Shown: positions 8,030 through 14,448 of the stretch, one piece after another
How positions within the stretch are numbered: position 1 is the first letter of the stretch
Layout: every line of letters begins with the position of its first letter
Source of the DNA: an uncultured Arcobacteraceae bacterium
Lineage (GTDB): Bacteria; Campylobacterota; Campylobacteria; Campylobacterales; Arcobacteraceae
Reading direction: 5' to 3'
DNA length: 21,646 bases
Assembly: GCA_964022095.1 (NCBI GenBank)
Contig: CAXHZO010000027.1
Location: 1-21,646 of the forward strand
Notes under the pieces: model-generated
The model's input: only the letters and a program-made list of their open reading frames with translations
Database searches by the model: none
Told to the model about the DNA's origin: nothing
Position numbers and translations under genes: made by a program

Positions 8030-9190
8030 TTAGAATTTGTAAGATAAGTAAACTCTTGATCTATAATCATAAGAGTAGTCACCACCAAATGTTGAATACA
8101 TGATTTTTGTAGATAAGTTTTTATTAAATTTATATTTTGCAGTAATATTTGTTTCAGAAGAATCATCACCTCCATCTGTTTCCCAATCTGTATAAGAAGC
8201 AGATAATCCTAAACCATTACCAAATTTATATCCTAAATCAAGTTTATATGCATCAGTTTGCGCATCATAGTTTCCAGAAGAAATTGGAGCTGCCGTAAAG
8301 ATCTCATCTGCCCCAGAACCTATTCCAGATTCAATCTCTGCACCAGAATCAATTGTAGTATATGCAGCTGCTGCTGAGAAACCTCCAAATTTACCAGATA
8401 ATTTTACACCGTATTCTTTATTTTTTGTTTCTACATTACCAGCTGCACCATTGTCAGATTGGTAAGTTTGTACTTCTAATGTAATTGGAGATAATTTATA
8501 TGCTGCTTGTGCATAAAAAATCTTTGCATCATCATCTAAAGAACCATTTTCTGGTTTAGCTTGTAAATATTGAGCTTCTAATGTTAAGTTATCAATAGAT
8601 TTATTTTTTGCATAGATTGTATATGCACCATCTCCTGCTTGATCAAATTTAGGTACATTACCGTTAAGGTCTGTTCTATTTTGATATTTATCAACATATG
8701 CTACAACTAAAGTAGTTTGAGGTAAATCAGTATTAGCTAAAACTATACCTTCAAAAGATTGTTTTAAAATTCTTGAACCAGAACCTGCTACTAATCTAGT
8801 TTTAATATATTGTCTACCAACTTTAACTGTAGTATTTTCAATGCCATATGATAAAAATGCTTGAGACATAACTGAACCTGATACGTCCATATCTTTTGCA
8901 TAGTTACCAGCTTCATCATCAATATTTCCTACATGCGCAGTTTGAAATGTAACTCCAGCTTTTAATCCATAGTATGAACCAGTTGTTAATGATAAGTTTC
9001 CACCATTTGACCAAATTGAAGATTTTGCATCTGCACCTGACTCTTTTTCTTTTTGAAAGTATAAAGATTTGATTTCACCTTTAACTTTAGCGTCTGCGAA
9101 AGCTTGCGCTAAAGAATCAGCTGATACGGTTGTTGTTAATCCAGCAACTGCTAAAGAAGCTACTAAACTTAATTTTGCGATTTTTTTCAT
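8030..9190 (-). CDS. Outer-membrane porin 2 (OprD/Opr-like family)
   Basis: Signal peptide MKKIAKLSLVA, ADSLAQAFADAKVKGEIK, KVGRQYI...QSFEG motif, C-terminal YKF; AGGAG RBS. Confidence 0.9.
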   Translation of the reverse strand: MKKIAKLSLVASLAVAGLTTTVSADSLAQAFADAKVKGEIKSLYFQKEKESGADAKSSIWSNGGNLSLTTGSYYGLKAGVTFQTAHVGNIDDEAGNYAKDMDVSGSVMSQAFLSYGIENTTVKVGRQYIKTRLVAGSGSRILKQSFEGIVLANTDLPQTTLVVAYVDKYQNRTDLNGNVPKFDQAGDGAYTIYAKNKSIDNLTLEAQYLQAKPENGSLDDDAKIFYAQAAYKLSPITLEVQTYQSDNGAAGNVETKNKEYGVKLSGKFGGFSAAAAYTTIDSGAEIESGIGSGADEIFTAAPISSGNYDAQTDAYKLDLGYKFGNGLGLSASYTDWETDGGDDSSETNITAKYKFNKNLSTKIMYSTFGGDYSYDYRSRVYLSYKF

Positions 9191-9233
9191 TTTTAATTGT
9201 TCTCCTAAAATTATATATCAAATATGAGTTGGT

Positions 9234-9267
9234 ATTTTAATGTGTTAAAGTTACTAATTGATTACAA
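9234..9267 (-). promoter_or_regulatory. Putative porin-2 promoter: 7-4-7 direct repeat, 10-nt spacer, TAAAAT -10
   Basis: Minus strand reads TTGTAAT-CAAT-TAGTAAC-TTTAACACAT-TAAAAT. Confidence 0.6.
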
Positions 9268-9283
9268 TAATTTAAGTTAAACA

Positions 9284-9353
9284 TAAAAAGGGGAAGTATA
9301 AAAATACTTCCCCTTTTAAGATTTCGAATTTTTAAGACACCAAAATTTGATGT
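9284..9353 (-). ncRNA. Candidate ~70-nt trans-acting antisense sRNA
   Basis: TATAAT at 9365-9360, then ACAUCAA-AUU-UUGGUGU 5' hairpin, a single-stranded segment complementary to the porin-3 RBS region, and a terminator hairpin with U-tract. Confidence 0.65.
9285..9317 (-). terminator. Intrinsic terminator (ends the candidate sRNA and probably the cytochrome c transcript)
   Basis: Perfect 14-bp stem AAAAGGGGAAGTAT-AAAA-ATACTTCCCCTTTT, ending in a U-run on the minus strand. Confidence 0.88.
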
Positions 9354-9359
9354 AGCGAA

Positions 9360-9393
9360 ATTATAGATAGATTTTATTACAGTTAAGTTACAA
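9360..9393 (-). promoter_or_regulatory. Putative sRNA promoter: 7-4-7 direct repeat, 10-nt spacer, TATAAT -10
   Basis: Minus strand reads TTGTAAC-TTAA-CTGTAAT-AAAATCTATC-TATAAT; same geometry as the porin-2 promoter. Confidence 0.6.
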
Positions 9394-9413
9394 ATAAATC
9401 AAAGAAATTTGAT

Positions 9414-10031
9414 TTATTTTAAAGACTGCAGATAGTTATATGTATCTTTCATATCTTGTTCTGATATGGCATAAGCATAAGAAGACATCTGAACCGCACT
9501 ACCTAAATCATAAGTACCATTTCTATATCCTTTTATAGAACCTTCATACTCTTCAAAAGTTTGATTAGCAATTTTGCTTGACATTCCTGGTTCTTTTAAA
9601 CCTTTTTCTCCATGGCATACTTGACATTTGTTTATATAAATATTTTTACCATTTTCTGAGCTAGCAATTTTTTCTTCTATCTTTTTTTCTTTTTTTTCTT
9701 TTTCTTTTTTAGCTTCAAGCCTTGCTAAAACTCTTTTTTCTAAGTCTTCTTGAGATATGTTAGCGTTTGTATTTACAAATGCTGTAGAAGTTGTTCCTTT
9801 TTTAAGAATATAGATATAGTTGTTATTATTTATTTTTATGTCATCAACTCTCCAACCGTCATTTTTCATATCTTTTAGTGAGTATTGTGATTTACACTCC
9901 CCACCATCTAGTGCAACTTTTTCTAAAGTTGTAAGATCTGTGTGATTTTCTTTGAAACACATAGTTGTTTGTGAAAAAGCTAGAGTTGATAGAACGATTG
10001 TTGAAAGTGATATTTTTATTAGACTATTCAT
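9414..10031 (-). CDS. Periplasmic monoheme c-type cytochrome (c553-like C-terminal domain) with an extra N-terminal domain
   Basis: Signal peptide, N-terminal domain with two Cys, K/E-rich helical linker, then GKNIYINKCQVCHG (CxxCH) and a distal Met; AAGGA RBS. Confidence 0.85.
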   Translation of the reverse strand: MNSLIKISLSTIVLSTLAFSQTTMCFKENHTDLTTLEKVALDGGECKSQYSLKDMKNDGWRVDDIKINNNNYIYILKKGTTSTAFVNTNANISQEDLEKRVLARLEAKKEKEKKEKKIEEKIASSENGKNIYINKCQVCHGEKGLKEPGMSSKIANQTFEEYEGSIKGYRNGTYDLGSAVQMSSYAYAISEQDMKDTYNYLQSLK

Positions 10032-10055
10032 TATTATCCTTTTATTTGATAAAAG

Positions 10056-10064
10056 ATTTTATCA
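10056..10064 (-). promoter_or_regulatory. Putative extended -10 promoter (TGATAAAAT) for the cytochrome c gene
   Basis: TGnTAAAAT 25 nt upstream of the ATG and downstream of the porin-3 terminator. Confidence 0.55.
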
Positions 10065-10085
10065 TAAATAAAACTAAAATGAAAT

Positions 10086-10120
10086 AAAAAAAGGTAAAGA
10101 GTTAAAACTCTTTACCTTTT
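10086..10120 (-). terminator. Intrinsic terminator of porin 3
   Basis: 14-bp stem AAAAGGTAAAGAGT-TAAA-ACTCTTTACCTTTT with an A-run (U-tract on the minus strand). Confidence 0.9.
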
Positions 10121-10147
10121 GACGAGTTAGTAGTTTAAGTATACTTA

Positions 10148-11323
10148 TTAGAAAGTATATTGAACGTGGATTCTTCCTCTTTCTCCGTCATTAGAACCTT
10201 CATAATCAACTTGACCATATCTTAAGTAAGCCATGAAGTTTTTAGCTGGTTTCCAAGTTAATTGACCATATACTTCATCAGTATCATTGTCTAAACCAGT
10301 ATTAGTGTTTTCAAATGTTAAAGTATTGTAGTTTAATGCTACGTTAACACCAGACATTACATCTACATTTAAGTTAGTTTTGATTGTACTTCCGTCTTTA
10401 GTACCATTAAGTTGAGTTGCCCAACCTTGGAATGCTGCTTCTGCATCTGTATCAACAGCTACAAAACCACCTTTTTTACCAGTTTGACCATAACCAATGT
10501 TACCACCAACGATACCAGCTTTAAATTTAGAACCAACAAACCATAATTTGTTGTCTCCACTTGCACCATCAAATTCTAATTGAGTATATCTAGCATATGG
10601 AGATAGTTTTGCAACACCTGCATCAATTGAAGCTTTTGCTCCTACTGAATAAGAGTCAAATGTATCATTTACATCAATGTAAGTTGCATCTAAAGCAACA
10701 CCTGCAAACTTACTCATAGCTTGTAATACAATTAAGTTTTCTTTATTAATTTCATTAGCTGTAGCAGTAGCTAAACCTAATTTAGAAACTTGATCTCCAC
10801 CCATTAAGTTAGTTTCATTCATGTATGCTCCAACTAATGTTACAGGACCTAATGTAGTAACTGCAGCAATACCTGTACCTTCTTGAGTACCAGAAATTGT
10901 ATCATAAACATCAGTTTGTGGTACATTTAAACCTTGAGTACCTAAGATAATTGAAGTATTTGCAAATCCTGTATATGTAAAGTTGTTATATACAGTATAA
11001 ATGTCTCCACCAAAATAGTTAGTAACACCATTGTTACTTGTACCATCAGAAGTGTCAGAACCACCAAGGATAGCTCCAACGTAAGTATATGATAAGTCTT
11101 CAGTTATTTTAGAGATTAAACCTAAAGCAATTTTTGTATTGTTTTGAGTGTACTCATTTGAACCAGTGTTATTATCTCTATTTCTATCATCATATCTCAT
11201 AGTTGCGTAACCTAAGATAGATGTATTTTTAATTGCATCTTCTAATGCACCTGCAGATGCAGTTGTAGTGAATCCAGCTACAGCTACTGCTGCTACTAAA
11301 CTTAATTTTGCGATTTTTTTCAT
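10148..11323 (-). CDS. porA: Outer-membrane porin 3, Campylobacter MOMP/PorA-like major outer membrane protein
   Basis: Signal peptide KLSLVAAVAVAGF, mature start ALEDAIKNTSILGYATMRYD (compare the MOMP start LEEAIKDVDVSGVLRYRYD), C-terminal YTF, highly expressed-type codons (AAC/TAC/TTC), long leader and strong terminator. Confidence 0.8.
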   Translation of the reverse strand: MKKIAKLSLVAAVAVAGFTTTASAGALEDAIKNTSILGYATMRYDDRNRDNNTGSNEYTQNNTKIALGLISKITEDLSYTYVGAILGGSDTSDGTSNNGVTNYFGGDIYTVYNNFTYTGFANTSIILGTQGLNVPQTDVYDTISGTQEGTGIAAVTTLGPVTLVGAYMNETNLMGGDQVSKLGLATATANEINKENLIVLQAMSKFAGVALDATYIDVNDTFDSYSVGAKASIDAGVAKLSPYARYTQLEFDGASGDNKLWFVGSKFKAGIVGGNIGYGQTGKKGGFVAVDTDAEAAFQGWATQLNGTKDGSTIKTNLNVDVMSGVNVALNYNTLTFENTNTGLDNDTDEVYGQLTWKPAKNFMAYLRYGQVDYEGSNDGERGRIHVQYTF

Positions 11324-11428
11324 TTGTTCTCCTAAAATTTCGAAATCTTTATCAGTTTACCGGAGCGCGCGAACTTGTTTAAAACCATTGTTTCAAAACT
11401 CTACCGGTTTACCGTTGCGTCCATTCTA
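11324..11428 (-). promoter_or_regulatory. Porin-3 -10 box (TAGAAT, 11428-11423) and ~90-nt GC-rich structured 5' UTR
   Basis: GC-rich island in otherwise AT-rich intergenic DNA; ACCGG/CCGGU pairing; repeated CGGTAAAC; AGGAG RBS at 11333-11329. Confidence 0.6.
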
Positions 11429-11471
11429 CATCACTAAATTTTAAAGTTTTCTTAAAATTGTGCTTTTGAGT

Positions 11472-11530
11472 GTTAATTAACTGTTAATTTAAGTTAACTT
11501 TTAATTAATTGATTATTAATGCTGTGTTAA
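11472..11530. repeat. Helically phased (G/A)TTAA repeats upstream of the porin-3 promoter
   Basis: RTTAA at 11472, 11483, 11493, 11504, 11515 and 11526 (spacing 11, 10, 11, 11, 11). Confidence 0.55.
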
Positions 11531-11554
11531 TGCTATTATAGGAGTTTTTTAGTC

Positions 11555-11872
11555 TTATTTATAATTTGATAAAGATACTTTGCAGTTTTTCAAAATATCT
11601 GGTTTCGTGATTTTTAGTTTTAAGTTATTTATTTTATACAGTTTGTATAATAGGGATTGTACATAAATTATTGCATCTTCAAGAAGTTCAAATTTTTTCT
11701 TTTTTAACTCTTTTTTTATAAGAGTAGAAACTTCAGAATAATCAATAAAATAATCAGCAGAATAATCATAATCAAAAGATAGATTTATAATTATTCTTTG
11801 TTTACTTATTCTTTCAAAAGGAAGTAATCCAATAATACATTTAAATGTTAATTCTTCAACATGTACTCTCAT
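11555..11872 (-). CDS. folB: Dihydroneopterin aldolase
   Basis: IIGLLPFER...Q, IDYSEV, FELLE, ITKP motifs; conserved plsY-folB linkage. Confidence 0.88.
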   Translation of the reverse strand: MRVHVEELTFKCIIGLLPFERISKQRIIINLSFDYDYSADYFIDYSEVSTLIKKELKKKKFELLEDAIIYVQSLLYKLYKINNLKLKITKPDILKNCKVSLSNYK

Positions 11873-12496
11873 TTAGATAACTTTTTTTTCCTCACCTTTA
11901 ATTATTCTTACAATATTAGGTATATGTTTATAATAAATGATAAATGCAATTAAATACATAGGAATATTTGAACCTACATGTAATCCATCATTTATAAAAC
12001 TAGCACTTACAATAACTGCTGTTAATCCAAGAAGTGAAGATAGTGAAGATATTTTTAAAACTTTAGCGCATATTATCCATGTAAGTGCACCAATTAAAGT
12101 TGCAATTGGAACAAGTGCTATATATACACCAAGTCCTGTAGCAACTCCTTTTCCACCTTCTAATCCTAAATATATAGAGTAACAGTGTCCAAGAACAGCT
12201 AAAACTGCTATTCCCCAAAGTGTTGCATCACTAATTCCATAAGCCATTGCAATTAGTAAAACTATAGTTCCTTTTAGGGCATCTAGTATAACTGTTGCAA
12301 TACCTAGCTTTTTTGCTAAACTTGGATTAGTTTCTTTTACAACTCTTAATACATTTGTTGCTCCAATACTTTTGCTTCCTGCACTTTTAATATCAACACC
12401 TGCAAAAGTTTTAGCTAAAATAAGTCCAAATGGAATAGAACCTATTAAATATGCAGCAACTAAAAACAGTACGTTAGTATTTGTTAAAAAATCCAT
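11873..12496 (-). CDS. plsY: Glycerol-3-phosphate acyltransferase PlsY
   Basis: YLIGSIPFG, GSKSIGATNVLR, D-x-LKG, GGKGVATGLG, KHIPNIVR motifs. Confidence 0.97.
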   Translation of the reverse strand: MDFLTNTNVLFLVAAYLIGSIPFGLILAKTFAGVDIKSAGSKSIGATNVLRVVKETNPSLAKKLGIATVILDALKGTIVLLIAMAYGISDATLWGIAVLAVLGHCYSIYLGLEGGKGVATGLGVYIALVPIATLIGALTWIICAKVLKISSLSSLLGLTAVIVSASFINDGLHVGSNIPMYLIAFIIYYKHIPNIVRIIKGEEKKVI

Positions 12497-12584
12497 TTAT
12501 TACCTTTAGTAATTCATATATTAAATGAGATTGTAACTAAAATTTTGTTATATTCTCATTTAATTAAAACTTAGAAGGTCTGTT

Positions 12585-13574
12585 TTGAATTTAAAAGAAG
12601 AGATTATAAAATTAAAAGAAGAGTTAGATGTTACGCTAGTAGCACACTTTTATCAAAGAGATGAAGTATTTGACTTAGCCGATATTACAGGTGATTCCTT
12701 AGAACTTGCTAAAAAAGCAATTGCAACTCCATCAAAATTTATAGTATTTTGTGGTGTTGGTTTTATGGGAGAGAGTGTAAAAGTAATGGATACATCAAAA
12801 AGAGTTCTTATGCCTAAAATTGCATGTTGTGCAATGGCAAGAATGATTGATGAAGGTTACTATGAACAAAACTTAGAGCAAATGAATAAAGCTGGAATAT
12901 CAAATGATGATATCTTACCAATCACATATATAAACTCAAGTGCAGCAGTAAAAGCAAGAGTTGGAGAGATGGGTGGATTAGTTTGTACTTCTTCAAATGC
13001 ATATAAAATCATTGAAAAAGGTTTAGAGTCTGGTAAGAAAATTTTCTTTGTACCAGATAGATGTTTAGGTCAAAATTTTGCTAAACAAATGAATCTAAAA
13101 TCAGCAGTTGTTGGAATAGATAAAGATTTAAGCGATGCTGATATTATTTGTTATAATGGATTTTGTTCAGTTCACCAGCAGTTTACAGTTGATGATGTAG
13201 AGTTTTATAGAGAAAAATATCCTGATATTTTAGTGGCAGTTCATCCAGAGTGTGATCCAAGTGTTTGTGATGCAGCAGATTTTGTAGGTTCAACTTCTCA
13301 ATTAATTACATATATTAAAGAGTTACCAGTTGAACAAAAAGTTGTTGTAGGAACAGAATTTAATATGGTAAATAGATTAAGAGAGAAAAATACTTATATT
13401 TTAAGCTCAACTAAACCTGAGTGTCCAACTATGAATGAAACAACACTTGAAGATGTTTATAAGACACTAAAATCAATTAAAGATGATAATATATCAAAAG
13501 AGAATGAAATATTTGTTTCAGAAGATACTGCTAAATGGGCAAAAATTGCTTTACAAAGGATGTTTGAAGTATGA
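12585..13574 (+). CDS. nadA: Quinolinate synthase A (TTG start)
   Basis: AHFYQ, GDSLELA, FCGVGFMGE, TYINSSA, CTSSNA, AVHPEC, VGSTS, CPTM motifs. Confidence 0.97.
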   Translation: MNLKEEIIKLKEELDVTLVAHFYQRDEVFDLADITGDSLELAKKAIATPSKFIVFCGVGFMGESVKVMDTSKRVLMPKIACCAMARMIDEGYYEQNLEQMNKAGISNDDILPITYINSSAAVKARVGEMGGLVCTSSNAYKIIEKGLESGKKIFFVPDRCLGQNFAKQMNLKSAVVGIDKDLSDADIICYNGFCSVHQQFTVDDVEFYREKYPDILVAVHPECDPSVCDAADFVGSTSQLITYIKELPVEQKVVVGTEFNMVNRLREKNTYILSSTKPECPTMNETTLEDVYKTLKSIKDDNISKENEIFVSEDTAKWAKIALQRMFEV

Positions 13575-14392
13575 TTAATATTAAGAAGTTTGTTAAAAAT
13601 GCTATTATAGAAGATAATGGTAGAGGAGATTTATTCTTTGATGTTGCTCCTAAAGGAAGATTTACAGCTAAAGCAATTTCAAAAAGTGATGGAGTTTTAG
13701 CAGGTGTACAGTACGCAAAAGTATTAGCTAGAACTGAAAAATTTGATTGTAAATTTTTAAAACATGATGGCGATGAAATTAAAAAAGGTGATGTAATTGC
13801 TGAACTTGAAGGTAAAGCATCTGTTTTATTATCGTCTGAAAGAACTTTTTTAAATATGCTTCAACATGCAAGTGGTATTGCAACTAGTGCAAATAAATAT
13901 GCAAGACTTATTGAAAATACAGGGGTAGTTTTATTAGATACTAGAAAAACAAGACCTCAATTAAGAGATTTCGAAAAATATGCTTCAAGAATTGGTGGAG
14001 CAATTAATCATAGACTTGGACTAGATGATTGTTTAATGCTTAAAGATACTCACTTAAGAACAATAAAAGACTTACCTGCCTTTGTAAAAAAAGCAAGAAA
14101 AAGAATTTCTTGGGTTACAAAAATTGAGATTGAGTGTGAAACATTTGATCAAGTAAAAGAAGCTATGAGTGCAGGGGGAGATATTATCATGTGTGATAAT
14201 ATGCAACCAGAACAAATAGTAGAAGTTGTTAAATTCAGAGATGAAAATTTCCCTCATGTTTTATTAGAAGCTAGTGGAAATATTGATACAACAACAATTC
14301 AATCATATGCTGCAACTGGCGTTGATGCTATTAGTAGTGGTAGTATTATTCACCAAGCAGTATGGCTAGACTTTTCAATGAAGTTTGATTAA
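13571..14392 (+). CDS. nadC: Quinolinate phosphoribosyltransferase (nicotinate-nucleotide pyrophosphorylase)
   Basis: ERTFLN, DTRKTRP, NHRLGLDD...KDTH, EIECE, EASGNI motifs; ATGA overlap with nadA. Confidence 0.97.
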   Translation: MINIKKFVKNAIIEDNGRGDLFFDVAPKGRFTAKAISKSDGVLAGVQYAKVLARTEKFDCKFLKHDGDEIKKGDVIAELEGKASVLLSSERTFLNMLQHASGIATSANKYARLIENTGVVLLDTRKTRPQLRDFEKYASRIGGAINHRLGLDDCLMLKDTHLRTIKDLPAFVKKARKRISWVTKIEIECETFDQVKEAMSAGGDIIMCDNMQPEQIVEVVKFRDENFPHVLLEASGNIDTTTIQSYAATGVDAISSGSIIHQAVWLDFSMKFD

Positions 14393-14448
14393 TAGCGGTT
14401 AACTTTTTGTTAGTTTTGTCATAGTAATATGATTTTTAAAGGTTTTAT

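Noticed and set aside
9670-9710. Poly-T/A tracts as phase-variation sites in the cytochrome c gene
   Set aside because: They encode a KKEKEKKEKK linker in an intact frame. Short A/T runs are ubiquitous here, and no long poly-G/C tract was seen.
5619-11346. ATTTCGAA(A/T)T palindrome (5619, 9321, 11337) as merely a shared transcription-factor site
   Set aside because: Not excluded, but disfavoured. The identity extends asymmetrically across the SD, the orientation is antisense in both cases, two of the three differences are G:U-compatible, and a second collinear GCGCGAA match exists.
5476-11554. Porin region as a mobile element or genomic island
   Set aside because: No integrase, transposase, tRNA or att-like repeats, and it contains the core gene prfB.
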